The position numbers were made by a program, and so were the translations under genes. From the NCBI RefSeq assembly GCF_006345805.1, contig NC_042998.1, positions 71,300,001-71,364,000 on the forward strand: DNA of 64,000 nt, read 5' to 3'. The notes under the pieces were generated by a model that was given only the letters and a program-made list of their open reading frames with translations, was not told where the DNA came from and did no database searches. Position 1 is the stretch's first letter; every line of letters begins with the position of its first letter. Positions 11,511 through 25,525 of the stretch are shown one piece after another. This DNA is from Octopus sinensis. Lineage: Eukaryota.

Positions 11511-14089
11511 ACTTTAGTTATTTTGGAAGTCTTCTGTGAACAGTGAGATATCAAGGGCTGAAATTATTGCATGCCAGATTTCACAGCCCTAGCATCATTC
11601 CTTCACAGTCAGCCTATGAACTTTTCAGCTCACTATCGTATAAGAAATTTTACTGGTACAACTCTGCTACTCCCGAACGGTTCTTCCTAAGTGAATAATT
11701 CTAGTTGCCTATTCAATATGTAGTTAATAAAGGTGGTTACTAACTCTTAGTAAACTACAATGCGTTTAGTAAAGTTTCTGAAGTAATTTATAAATATGAG
11801 AGTAACATGTGAATAATCACCAAGTTTTGAAAAAATTATTCACCGACCTTGGAAGCTATATAGAGAAGATAAGATCTTTAACAGTAGATATGAAATACTG
11901 ATATACGAGAAGATAATTGTTTGAATTTTTAGATGGAATAGCGAAGTGGGCGGATAAATACGGATTATGATATACAGATTTCAGTGGGTATAATTTCTAT
12001 ACATAACTATAAATTGAAGCCAACTTTCTAAACATAAAAGATATTACGATATAACATTCTGGTTTAGATGATATAGCTGTCGATTTAAGAAGATTTATGT
12101 TTTATGCATCACTAATTCACTGCTGGGAAAGGCAGAACCACTTTTGCTTTATAGTTCGTTGATTTACACGGTCTATTGCAGCAGAACGGAGCAATCAGAT
12201 AGAAAGTGACTCACTTCCCTGAATGATAGTTATAATCTGCCATTGGTGTTTGACTACTTGATCCTTTCCTTAATGCTACATATACTAAAGCCTACAGGCT
12301 GCACGATCACTAATCATAGCATCTCCATTATAGTAACCTCTTAACTGTGCTATCGACTCGATCAGACCCAACGGTCTGAATATTAAATGAACAAAGTTAT
12401 TAAATACCAAAACATGTTTATATTGTTACTATTCTCCCATAGTTAAATTATTTATGCTTAACTAATGACTACTTCAAACTAGCAAGCAGTTTGGGAACGA
12501 GAACAATATAGGAGACTTAAGAAATATTTAACTTCACCAATTACCCTAAAAGCATCTCTACTTTACATCACTAATAAATGCCTGTCATTTAACATTTTCA
12601 GAAACTCCTGAAAAGGAAACATCATTAGCAAACCATTGCCTTCCATGTGCTGTGCTCGTTCATATTCCATGTTGCTTTTGTAGTAAGTTAGTTATATGAA
12701 TACGTGAATATAATCGCTGTTGAAAGCTTTTCAATATATCCCAAACATTAATGGTTTAGGTGCCCCATTGGGTCGATACTTTATAATGCAAATCTTCTGT
12801 ATTACCTAAAGGTAAAATACACAACGATTTTAAAGATATACGTGTGTGTGTGTGAATGTGTGTGTCAGTGTGTGTGTGGTGTGTTCGTTTTTGTGTGGTG
12901 TGTGTGTGTTTCTGTGTGTTTCTCTGTATTTCTGCCTTTATACCCGTGTATTTGTGAGAGTTAGGTATACTGTTTAATAATTTAACTCTTAGAAACGAGG
13001 AAGTATACAAACACTATTAAGTTGATATTTATTAGCCAAATAAATGCTGCTATGTTTTATCATAATGTTCATTGAAAAGTTAATTAAAATACTTTAATTA
13101 TTTCAATATATAAAGGAGATAAATCTGGATATATTTCGAAGAGATAAGATTTCCTTGGGGAAGTATAGATGATATCGTGCAAAAGTAGTTAGTGAAATTT
13201 TCACCCCAATGCATATATTCATTGGAGTGAAAATTTACATAATTTGGAAACTAACTTAAGATAATTTATAACGGGTTACTGTCTGTATGAAACACTATGT
13301 CCCACGAGACAGAACTTGTACCCAGAGCGGTCCAACCAGAAATGTTACCTATTTATACTAATATCACTTCTATATCATATGTGTAATGTGTTAATAAATG
13401 TTAATTAACGCTACCCCTTTTGGTCTTACATGAATGCCTTCCGTATAATTTTATATCGTACGCATGAATCTCAGCGACTAGCCGTTGTTCCTAATAAGCA
13501 TGTTCCCGTGGGATGGATACAATTTAATGCTACCAATCGTGCATCAGAAATATTTTAAACTGCGTAGTGGAATAATTCATCTCCTTCACCTCCTTCAAAC
13601 ACAAACACAAACATCATGAAATTATTCAAACAAATATATAAATTGTTCGACACCCTTCAACCACATAACTAAAATTCTTCAAAATAATATCAATGTAAAC
13701 CAAAGAGTCGATTACGTCAATTACCAAATCAATAAGCTTTAATAACGGAAACACCGAAGGCTACAAATTTATCAGGTCATCACAGTTGAGATCACCTCAT
13801 AAGTATTGTCTATCAAATAGTGATTATTTTGTAACCATGTAAAGGGCACAGAGCATCGATTTTCAATCACATATGTGGTTATTATTGCCTTACGTAAAAG
13901 GTCAAGCTGATGCAAATTACGTTTAACAAAATTATTTACAAAGGACACAAGTTCACATCATTCATAAATACATAAATAAATAGAACTAATCACACATACA
14001 ACCTGTATCTTTATGTGTGCATGTGTGTGTTTACATGTATGTACGTATGTTTGTATTCATGTATATTTACATGAGAGTATAGATTGTGT

Positions 14090-14256
14090 GTATAGATAGA
14101 TAGATAAGTATATAGAAAGATGGATGGATAGTTAGATAGATAGATAGATAAATAGATAGACAGACAGATAGATTCATAGATAGACAGATTGACTGACTGG
14201 CATACAGAGAGACAGAAAGGCAGACACAGACAGACTGGCAAATAAATAAATAGATA
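14090..14256. repeat. (TAGA)n/(CAGA)n microsatellite at the 3' side of the Tx1 copy
   Basis: Read directly from the sequence. Confidence 0.9.
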
Positions 14257-15158
14257 TGTTTCTTTATTAGCCACACAGGGCTGCACACAGATAGAACAAA
14301 TTACAAGGTAGTGCTTTTCTTTTGAAGGTTTAAAGAAAAAAACAAGAAAAAAAAAAGGAAGGGGGAGTTTCGATCAAAAGGGATCGTAAAAGGAGAGAAA
14401 GAGGACAAAAAAAAAGGGGGGGTTAAAAAAAAAAGGGGGGGGGAGAGGAAAAAAAAATTGATCAATAGGGATCGTTATCACAGAAATGTCAATATGAAGT
14501 GTAAAGGGGGGGACAGGTGAGGTTTACCCGTGGAAAGAAAAGCCTACGGAAAAGACCACGGTAACCTCGGTCAATGAAGTCACATTTTATATTTCTTTTT
14601 TTTTTTTTTTTTTTTGCAAATAAGCAACTCTCTGTTTTCGATTTCTGGGTTCATAGGACTATGCTCAAGGTGGCTTCGTCATTCATACGTGCCATTCTTG
14701 CTACATTCACCCATCTTTTTTTAAAACATTCGCTAGACAAAACTTGCCTATCTACTCTCACTTCCTTTTCAAGTGGTACTTGAAGAAGTTGATGAGAGAT
14801 TGACCAGAGAGGAAAGTGTTTGTCTCCAATCCTTTCAGACGCGTCCACCAGATACATTCTTTCGCCATAGCCACAAGGATGATGAAAATAGCTCTTCCTT
14901 CCCGTTTGAAGGAAGGAGGCGTGACAATATTGACGATAGACTCAGCTGATAAACCGACTCGTCCCACACGTGACAGCAGTTGTTCGACATAAGCCCACAG
15001 GTCGGAAATTGTTGGACACTGAACGAGTGCGTGCAGAACGGTTTCGTCGCTCTGACCGCATCTCGGGCAGGTCGGCCCCGTGTTTCTCGAGCCGTGTCTG
15101 TAGAGCTTATCCCGAACGGGTAGCGCTTCTCGGTAGCACTGCCAGGCCAGGGATCTCT
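14257..15158 (-). mobile_element. 5'-truncated L1/Tx1-clade retrotransposon with a 13-bp TSD
   Basis: Minus frame RSLAWQCYREALPVRDKLYRHG...CPRCGQSDETVLHALVQC (L1/Tx1 zf-RVT knuckle)...FFKYHLKRK, then a frameshift to VRVDRQVLSSECFKKRWV, followed by the 3' UTR. TSD aaataaatagata at 14244-14256 and 15159-15171. Confidence 0.9.
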
Positions 15159-15164
15159 AAATAA

Positions 15165-15255
<91 letters not shown>

Positions 15256-15275
15256 GGCTGATTGGTAGATAGATA
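15159..15275. repeat. (TAGA)n microsatellite at the 5' side of the Tx1 copy
   Basis: Read directly from the sequence. Confidence 0.95.
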
Positions 15276-16309
15276 GAAATATAACTAACAGAGCCAAGAA
15301 AATCTTTAGCCTTATGCATCAAGCTGTACATTGCTGCCTCGTATTTTCTATTCCTAGAACTCAGAGATTCGATGTGTTCAGCTTCCTGAGGTCCCGTGAA
15401 ACTCTAGAGTAAACACATACATTATAAATAGCGCCAATACCCCAACATATCCACATACACACAAATATATATATATATATATTATATATGAGTGTGTGTG
15501 TGTGTGTGTGTGTCTGTGTGCATGCGTGTAGAAATATGTCTCTATGTATAGGTTAACTTATACATACTATGAAGAATTAAGTAGTCTAGTTGATATTAAT
15601 AGATTTTCTTACAAGAAAAAGGTGGGTCGTGATGTGGAAGTGACTGTCGATTTTTTCCTTGTAACAAATATACATATATGATTATATATCAACAACAGAA
15701 AGAGAAAATGTACGCAGGAGTACCTTTCAGTATTACGTACGTGTTCCACATCCACCATATATCCTCGCAAACATAATACAGTTACATAAAAATGTTCATC
15801 GATTAGGAAGAATGTAAGTATAAACACTCGTTATATTATATATTAATAATTTTCTATGCATTGTATTATTATATGGGTGGAACTATAATGTCAATTATAT
15901 ACATACTACAACATGCCCCACTTTGTGGTATTTGTTCTCTACCCAATGCTGCAACGTATGATAAATGTAAGTACCTCTCACCTTTCCTAATTATATATTT
16001 CATCATTATAGAAGACACTGATGTAAGCAAATAAGATGTGAAAAAGAATGAAGCGTGTCCATTACTTCCAGAAGATGGCTGTGATGAAAGGTCCACAACG
16101 TAACTGCAATGTTTCAATAGACATAATAAATTCAAGAATGGTGGCGTTAGTATTACATTTCTATCTTTTCAAGAGTACAATGTACAGACACATGTTGAAA
16201 ATAAATTTTCTGTAATATTAAAGCAGATAACATGCGCTCGGATTTATGAATTACCCTTAATCTTATGCGCATACATGTAGAGATAAATATAAACACATAC
16301 ACACACACT

Positions 16310-16506
<197 letters not shown>

Positions 16507-16740
16507 CATGTATCACGTATGCATGTGTGTGTCTGTGTAATAAAAATAATTTTGCTTTCAATTGAAGGATTACGCAATTCATTTAGTAGAATAGAAACGT
16601 TAATAATAGTATTGACAGTGATTCCCAAGTTTCAGGCAGCTAAGCCATTATCAAGCATTTTTTTTACACCTAACTTGTGTAACGTGTATGCTTCTTGTGG
16701 TTCATATCATATTTCCTTACATATGAGTCGGCGAGAATGA

Positions 16741-19435
16741 TTAACCCTTGGTCTACGCGAGAAAATATATGTTACTAATTACCAACAGAGTCCAATGGAC
16801 CCAATATATTTCATTTAATTAAATTTCATTCAAGTTACCACTATTTCTTAACTGCATCAGGTGCCATCAGGTGAATGAAGAATTACTGTTTCTCACAAAT
16901 TTTAATTTAAAAAAATGCAGCTTAGAGGATACATCATAAATTTTAAAAAGATACAGAAGTATAGAATTACAGTTCTTCATATCAGTGAATGCAGACAACA
17001 TTGGAATGCTCTTGGCAAACATGGATATTACAATTCTTACATGTAGTATGAGTTCTCCTGCCTTTTTTTTTTTTTTGGCTGTGGAATCTCAAATGAGATT
17101 GAAGATCGTCCTCTTTTCTTGTTTGGTTGAGAAATGTTAGCAGAACTAGAAGATTGTTTGTCATTTTCTTGTTGAGCATTAACTCCAGCAAGTTCCTTTC
17201 CTAACTGAATTAATCACTATCTTCTTTTATCCTTGAAACGTCGCTTGTGAAGCTGTTTAGCAAGAAGGAAAGCAGTCTCTGCAGTTATATCAAGCATATA
17301 GTAGAATATAACCAAAGGAAGGCGGTGAGCTGGCAGAAATATTAACACTCCGAGTGAAATGCTTAGCGGTATGTCGTCTGTCTTTACGTTCTGAGTTCAA
17401 ATTCCGCCGAGGTCGACTTTGCCTTTCATCCTTTCGGGATCGAAAAAGTAAGTACAGTTGCGCACTGGGGTCGATGTAATCGACTCGCCCCATCCCCCAA
17501 AAATTCGGGCCTTTTGCCTAGTGCAGAAAAAAATACAACCATAGGCCATCTTCGAGTCATTCTTTTGTAAGTGTATGTTCTTAAAATATTTACTAGGGTA
17601 TTTACTCTTGCTTTTGTTTGGTTGTAACATGTAATAACTTCAGGTTTCTTTTCGGTACTTTTTGAATCAAGTGAAGGCTGAGAGTGCATTGTACTCATAA
17701 GTGTGACTACTTAATTTTTCTTGGAAAAATAAGATAGGATCATGGAATTCTTTTGAAATCTAAATACTGTGCTGTTGATTTCTCTTTCTTTTGCATTTCT
17801 GAAAGCATATGGAAGTTCAACTCTGTTCTTTATATTTGCTCCAACTAAAGTAGTTTTTTTGCTAAGAATCTTTCCAGCTAATTCTAGACTTCAAAACAAA
17901 ATATCACAAGTTATATTGCGACCAGTATTTTCAAGTTATTTTACTAGGTCTTCAACAACTCTTGAACGTTGATTTGTCTCTCTCTCCCTTTTACTGGGTC
18001 TTTTCCAATGTAGATTTGCATTTTCAAAGCATAAGGTGTTTCACTGTCGCATATTGCCCAAATTTTAATTCCATATTTCCCTGGTTTTGAAGGAATATAT
18101 ACTCGGAATGGGCCACGCCCTCTGAATGAAACTATTCGTTCATCAACTGTCATGCATGAACATGGAACATATCCTTCTTGCAAATTTTGATTTCACATTT
18201 CAAATATTTCTCTTATGTGATCTATTTTATGATCTTTTCTCGTTTTTCTTCTTGCAGTAGCATTATCAAAACACAATATTTGTAAAATATGCTGAAATCT
18301 CCCCTGGATCGTAATTTTGTTGACTGTTGGGGGAGGGGGCATCTTCTTGACTTCATTACTGTGCGACATTTTCATGATTAGATTTATAAACCGCTATAAG
18401 GATAATCAGTCCCATAAATGTCTTTAGTTAAAAATGATCAATTGCCTTCCAATTATATTTGTAAACAACCTGACCTTCAACATTTGTCCATTTACGAATT
18501 ACTTCAAGAGAATTCTGGCGCATAAACAGAGTAAAACATTTTTCAATGCTATCGCATGACCTTTTAGGAAGACGGGATGATCCACATTCTTGGCGCACAA
18601 TATTGCAAGATAAGTTATTTACTGCTGCTTGAATAAGAAAATTAGAATGCCAAACTTCTTATCTCTCTCAAGAAACATATTGCTCCTTCATAATTGGGTG
18701 GCTTGCAAATAATTGTTTTTGACTATATTCATCATCTGATGACACAGGACCTCAAATGTCCAGCACAAAATCACTTTCACCATCATCTTCAGATGAAAGA
18801 ATCACTACTATCTTCTTCCCATTCTTCGTCTAATTCAAATAACATTTTCGATTTTTTGTCTTTACTGAAGTTTTCACGTCTAGGCAAATTAGAAAGCATA
18901 ATTGAACTGTATGAAACTTGATAGCAAACTAAAGTAAACTATGCTTAATCACATATATATACTCTCCTGAAAGATGATGCAATATATTGTAAGAATTGCC
19001 TCATCACAGAAATATCGCATCACGCTAAAACCTAGCAGATTGAAGGTGATGCAACACAACACAAATATGTAGGCATCGTTTTTTCCTATTTTATCTAAAA
19101 TTCAGCAAATAAATTTAATACAATTTTATCTATTTTATATCTGATAAATATCTAGGAAAATAATATTTGATACTGTTTTATTCTGTTTAGAATGACAAGA
19201 GTATTGTCTGAATTTAATTCACGGGTCCAATGGACCCATACACTAATTATATAAAGTTAAACCTTATAGTTTTTTGTACACATACGGAAAATGTTCCATT
19301 TGACAAATAAAAGAGTCAAGTAAAAATAAGAGTCACGAGAAATCGGCAAAATCAAATAATATAAACAGTAGGAAAAAGCAACTGAAAAAAAACCGGAAAT
19401 GGGTCCATTGGATCCATTGGTAGATGGAAGATTAA
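16741..19435 (-). mobile_element. Full-length defective piggyBac transposon (PGBD4-like transposase) interrupted by a SINE
   Basis: TTAA at 16741 followed by CCCTT, and TTAA at 19432-19435 preceded by a degenerate TIR. Motifs TVDERIVSFRGRGPFRVYIPSKPGKYGIKIWAICD, KPEVITCYNQTK, RRWPMVVFF and C-terminal CKNCNIHVCQEHSNVVC. Confidence 0.92.
17321..17530 (+). mobile_element. SINE family A inserted in the piggyBac transposase ORF
   Basis: Complete head, body and tail; TSD-like aatataacca (left) and aatacaacca (right). Transposase reads PMVVFF on one side and VIFYYMLDITA on the other. Confidence 0.9.
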
Positions 19436-19607
19436 ATATATAATTATATATAGGTAAGGAGAGATGAACTTTCAATGATCATCTGCTTCACTAATGTATA
19501 GGACAGAGAACAAATATTACGAGGCGAACCATGTCCTGAGAGATATAAATGACAGTCCAATGATGGCGGAAACTTCGAGGTCACTAACAATGATATGCTT
19601 GTTAAAG

Positions 19608-20211
<604 letters not shown>

Positions 20212-20480
20212 CGGAAACAAACAAAGGACCTTTAACCACCTGCCTCAGATGACACTTGTGCTTTTACTGTCACCATAACAACTAATTTGATTTCTTCTTT
20301 GAGTATTAGTTTGAAAGCTGAGGTAACGGAGAAGATTTGCAACAAGAGGAAATCTCTAAGTGCTTTAAATGTACAAGTTTCTAATATCTAATTCGCTAAA
20401 ATGTATCATCAGCAGCGCACCCAAGAGTCATGACTTCGATGGGGCCCGAGATTTTTGTTGTATCAGTCTGTGCTTCATAT

Positions 20481-21744
20481 TATTAGGTCAGCTGTTAAGT
20501 TCTGTCCGAATTTTGAATAAAGAAAACAATTGATCAAATTTTATATTTAATTGAAATTTAATCATCAATGTATTTTCCCTGATTATCTATGACTTCCTTA
20601 CATCTATTTACAACCTTTTTAATCCCATCAATGTAAAACTCTTTTGGTTTCAAAGCGAAGAAATTTGAAACGTCAGTTTCGACCGCCTCCTAGCTTGCTA
20701 TATTTATATCCCCCCAAATGATTCCGTAAACTGCAAAACAAATGGTAGTCTGAAGGAGCAAGGTCGGGAGAATAAGGTAGATATGGAATTTTTTCCCAAC
20801 CTAGCTCTTCGTTCTTCTGTGATGTGATGTTTGCAATGTGGGGTCGCGCATTGTCCTAATGAAACATCAATCATTTTCGATTCACCATAGCAGGTCTTTT
20901 TTTCTTCAAAGTGTGGTTCAAACGCTCTAACTGCTGACAGTAGACTTGAGTATTGATTGCTGCATTTGGTGGTAACAATTCACAGTGAATTACTCCTCTG
21001 CACTCCTACCAGATAGAGAGAAGAATATTTTTTTCCCCAAGTTCCATTCTCGGTTGTGGTTAACCTTTTTTTTTCTTTTTACTAAGCCACTATTTACGAC
21101 GTTTAACTTTCAATAGAAGATCCATTTTTCATGGCCAGTCACAAGTCTATCCAAAAAGGGCGAAATGAATTCGTGAGAATGGAGAGAATAGCAGATGTCA
21201 GCTCGGGATTTGCGGTTGCTTTCCGACAATTCATGAGGCACCCATTTTCCAAGTTTAGGAACCTTTCCAAGTTGTTGAAGATGACGAGGAACAGTTATAT
21301 GGTTTGAACTAAGCTTTATTGCCAATGATAATGCGGGATTTTCTTCAAGTAATGCCTCACGGAGCTTATCCTGAAACTCAAATGGACAAGGCTGAAATCT
21401 CCACTTCTGAATTTTGCAAACCATCCTCTACAAGTGCTTTCACTCAAGCATTCTTTCCCATTAACTAGGTGCATGCTACGAGTCGCTTCGGCTGCAGAGT
21501 TTCCATTTTTGTACTCATAAAGCTTTATGTGCCTCAAATTCTCTTTGGATACTTCCATGTTAGACAGGGTTTTAATCAAATAATATTTAATTCTATTATT
21601 CTGTAAAAAAATATTTAATTTGTTTAAATGTACACAAATGTATAAAAATAATTTTTAATTCCATTAGACATTCTAAAATACTATTAAATTTCATTCAATT
21701 TTAAATAAGTTAAAATCAGACAGAACTTATAGGATGACCTGATA
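20481..21744 (-). mobile_element. Full-length defective mariner
   Basis: TA-flanked TIRs ttaggtcagctgttaagttctgtccga and tcagacagaacttataggatgacctga. Motifs GWFAKFRSGDFSL, WVPHELSE and LVTGHEKWIFY, with frameshifts. Confidence 0.92.
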
Positions 21745-21761
21745 TGTACTGAAAATTGGGA

Positions 21762-21990
21762 AAGGCGGCAAGCTGGTTGAAACTTTAGCATGCCGGGCGA
21801 AATGCGTAGGTATTTCGTCTGTCTTTATGTTCTGAGTTCAAAATCCGGCGAGGTCGAACTTGCTTTTCATCCTTTTGGGATCAATGAATTAAGTAAAAGT
21901 TGCGTACTGGAGTCGATCTAATCGACTGGCCCCCCTCCCCCAAAATTTCGGACCTTGTGCCTAGAGTACAAAAGAATATTATTATTATTA
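21762..21990 (+). mobile_element. SINE family A with (ATT)n tail
   Basis: Complete head, body and tail (cccaaaatttcggaccttgtgcctagagtac...attattatt). Confidence 0.9.
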
Positions 21991-22949
21991 TTTATTGTTT
22001 AATCTGTAGTATTTCTTTTAGACTTCTCGCTTGTAATGAAGTAGTCAACGTAATATGTGGAATGCCTGGTATTGCTATTTTATGCATATTGTACATTAAT
22101 CCTTGGTTACTCTATATCAAATTACACTATAAATAGTAGTGTTCTTTTGTCCCTGTTGTGTAAGCGGTTATTTTGAGGCGGTTTGTAAATGTATTATCCT
22201 TATATTCCCAAAGCGTATATTATTAAGGGGCTGCGTTCTGTTTATTTGAAATTGTCAGAACCTTAATGGTTCGCCATTACCTTTGTGATTTCCGGTGTAC
22301 TTTGATAGCGTAATGGTGGTGGGGTATATATTAGCATATTGTGCGGGTGTCGAGTGGGTACTTTGTTGGTTTGTTATTGTTTGCGGTGCATTCGAAAGGA
22401 AACTGCATTCTTTTCTGTGTATCAATAACAATCGTATTCGGTTGTTTATACGTGATCAATATGACTATGAGCATGTGTATTGTCATAATTCAGAACATGG
22501 TGACACTTGAACAATATCGGGATAAATATAATGCTGCCTACTTTCTATTAATATTCAATAATAGTGGCACAATGCCCTCTCTCTGAAAGTTCACATCTTT
22601 TTTATTGCCTGCAGTTATATACTCTCTCTTCATTAAAAACTTCACTGTACGAAGTCATTTCAACTCAAACTAAACGATGTTAATGTATTCTCATTCATTA
22701 TATGTTTCAGTTAATTTCTGGAGTACCATATTGAACCTGCCCGATCACAATGCTTTGAGTCTACTGTCCTTCATTCTTAGGAGCTGCTTAATATATGTCA
22801 GTATTTCACCACTTAGTGACTTCTCTTTCCATCGTATTAAGATAAAATTCTACACGTGCCGTTTCTGTTAAGTGGTTTGTTTTCCGAGGATTTATGCTGT
22901 TCCTTTTTATGCTCGCATTTTTTATGATTTGTAACTTATTTTTTTAGAC

Positions 22950-23130
22950 AACCTCGGCGGAACTTGAACTCAGATTGCAAGGACGGAATGAAATGTCACT
23001 AAATATTTTGCCCGGCGTGTTAAAGATTCTGTCAGCTCGCCACCTTATATAGTCCTTTCTAATATAGGCACAGTGGTATGAACTTTATGGGCAGGGGGTA
23101 TGTTGCATAGACCAGAGCTCAACTGGTATT
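22950..23130 (-). mobile_element. Degenerate SINE family A copy
   Basis: cctcggcggaacttgaactcag...ctgtcagctcgccacc matches the reverse complement of the head. Confidence 0.75.
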
Positions 23131-23344
23131 TGTTTTTTTCATTTTATATATAAGATTTTCTGAGTTGGTGGTGGTGGTGTTCCATACGTATACATTACAC
23201 TTCTTCCATTGTAGGTTTGCAATTCCTATTAGTGAACAGTTCCTGTAAAACATAGATTTTGAAGGATATAAAACGCGATATAGGAAACAAAACGCGTAGA
23301 GCACACTTTAAGGAAAAGGAAGTAATATAACGATGTAAGATATC

Positions 23345-23570
23345 ATCTTGAGGAGGTGACAAAAGACTACGAAGGAGAATTCGAAAAGAAGATAAGTGGG
23401 AACCAATAGCTGCAGCAGGACTAGCAGCAGCAGCAAGAGTAACCAGAAGAAAAAGAAGATGAAGAAGAAGAAAAAGAGGAGGATGAGGAAGGATAAGAAT
23501 TAGGAAGAGGAAGCAGATGGGGAGGAAGGGGAAGTGGATAAGGAAGACGAAGGACAATAATTAGAAGAGG
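23345..23570. repeat. Purine-rich low-complexity tract (GAA/GGA/GCA)
   Basis: Read directly from the sequence. Confidence 0.85.
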
Positions 23571-23984
23571 AATATATTACAAATTAAAAACATTACAAAA
23601 GTGCAGAATTACAGCTCCTCATGGCAGTGAATGCAGACAATACAGGAATGTTCTTGGCAAACATGGATATTACAATACTTACATGTGGTATGAGCTCTTT
23701 TGTTTTATTTTTTGGGGCCACACAAAGAATATCATTCTATTTTCTATCACTGTGGAATCTCAAATAAGGTTGAAGATCGTCTTCTTTTCTTGTTTGGTTG
23801 AGAAATGTTAGCAGAACTAGAAGATTGTTTGTCATATTCTTGTTGACAATTAACTCCAGCAAGTTCCTTTCCTAACTGAATTAATCACTGTCTCCTTTTT
23901 TTCCTTCGCTTGTGAAGCTGTTTAGCAAGAAGGAAAGCAGTCACTGCACTTATATCAATCATATTGTAGAATATAACCAAAGAA
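23570..23984 (-). mobile_element. Second piggyBac copy (3' part), with the same SINE junction as the first
   Basis: Roughly 90% identical by eye to 16920-17320, and runs into a SINE at the same junction (tagaatataaccaaag). Confidence 0.85.
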
Positions 23985-24316
23985 AGCGGCGAGCTGGCAG
24001 AAATATTAACACTTCGAGTGAAATGGTTAGCGGTATTTCGTCTGGAGGCAGCGAGCTGGCAGAAACGTTAGCACGCCAGGCGAAATGCTTAGCAGTATTT
24101 CGTTTGCCGTTACGTTCTGAGTTCAAATTCCGCCGAGGTCGACTTTGCCTTTCATCCCTTCAGGGTCGATTAAATAAGTACAAGTTACGCATTGGGGTCG
24201 ATGTAATCGACTTAATCCGTTTGTCTGTCCTTGTTTGTTCTCTCTGTGTTAAGCCCCTTGTGGGTAGTAAAGAAATAGGTTTTTCGTCTGTCTTTACGTT
24301 CTGAGTTTCCGCCGAG
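23985..24316 (+). mobile_element. SINE family A interrupted by a younger SINE (family B tail) at 24045-24277
   Basis: TSD ggtatttcgtctg (24032-24044) and ggtttttcgtctg (24278-24290); the host SINE resumes after the insert. Confidence 0.88.
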
Positions 24317-24419
24317 GCAATACTAATCATATAGGTGATTCAAAATCGATGCTCTGTGCGCTTTACATAGTTTCAACGTACTCACTAGTTGGTATATTAT
24401 GCTTATGAAGTGATCACGA

Positions 24420-25520
24420 CTGCGATGGTCTCATAAATTTGTAGTTTTTCATTCTTTGGTATAAAATTTGTAGTAAACTTTGACAGCTGCTCATTTTGCG
24501 TCATTATAATATTTTGACAATCTTTACTTTTTGTTAGAAAGCTAACACATCTATTTGTTTATTATAACTGATTTTGCGATTTATAAAGTATTTATAAATC
24601 GTATTTTGCTATTTTGGTTTAGAGATGGATAAGTCGAAAATTCGTACAGTTTTGAAATATGAATTATTTCTTGGAAATACAATATCACAGATCCTTCAAA
24701 ATATTAATGGAGTATTTCATTCTAATGTTATTACACAGCAGACAGTAACAAATTGATTTTCAAAATTTCGTTCTGGTAACTTTGATCACACAAATGATCA
24801 ACGCGGTCGACCAGAAACAAAGGCGGATAATGACGAAATCCATTTCAAAGTGCCCTTGAATTATCGTTGTTGTTTGGTATTAGCAAGCAAACAACATTGA
24901 CTCACCTAGTTCAAATTGGTAAAGTGAAAAATTTGGATAAGGAGGTTCTACATGAACTCAATGAAAATGAGAAACAGCAATGTTTGGAAGTCTGTATTGT
25001 GCTACATTCTTGTCACAAAATTGAATATTTTTTGAATCGAATCGTAACATGTGATGAGAAACGGATCCAATACAACAATCGTAAACGTTCAGCACAATGG
25101 TTGGACAAAGAAGAGCCACTAAAACACCGTCCAAAACGCAAAATTCACCAAAAGAAGCTGGTGGTGTGTATTTGGTGGTCCGGCACAGGTGTGATCCATT
25201 ATGATTTCATTAAACCTGGCTCATCAATCTCGGTATACTGTATACTGCAGCCAACTGGACCATATGATGCATAAACTTAAAAAAAAAACAGCCTAGCTTA
25301 GTCAACAGATCCACTCCTATTTTATTGAGAGACAAATTCAGACCACACATTACAGAAATAACATTGTCGTAACTACTGGAGTTTGAGTTGGAAGTTCTCC
25401 ATCATCCACCATACTCACATGATCTTGCGCCCACTGGCTATGAATTCTTCCAGAATTTGGATAACTTTTGGTAGGAAAAATTTAATCCCGACGATGCTGT
25501 AAAACAGGCCTTTATATATG
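24420..25520 (+). mobile_element. Degraded mariner, 3'-truncated
   Basis: MDKSKIRTVLKYE..., FRSGNFDHTNDQRGRP, IVTCDEKRIQYNNRKR, LVVCIWWSGTGVIHYD, and a later P-P-Y-S-H-D-L-A-P-like motif. Left boundary is uncertain. Confidence 0.85.
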
Positions 25521-25525
25521 GTTGT

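Noticed and set aside
15689-16110. Several gtaagt donors and short open frames suggesting an exon cluster
   Set aside because: No AG lies between the first two donors, implied introns are too short, and peptides are unrecognisable.
22000-22600. GT-rich plus strand suggesting a minus-strand retroelement ORF
   Set aside because: No diagnostic motif survives; compositional hint only.
23195-23557. 120-aa hydrophobic ORF
   Set aside because: Antisense of a GAA/GGA low-complexity tract.
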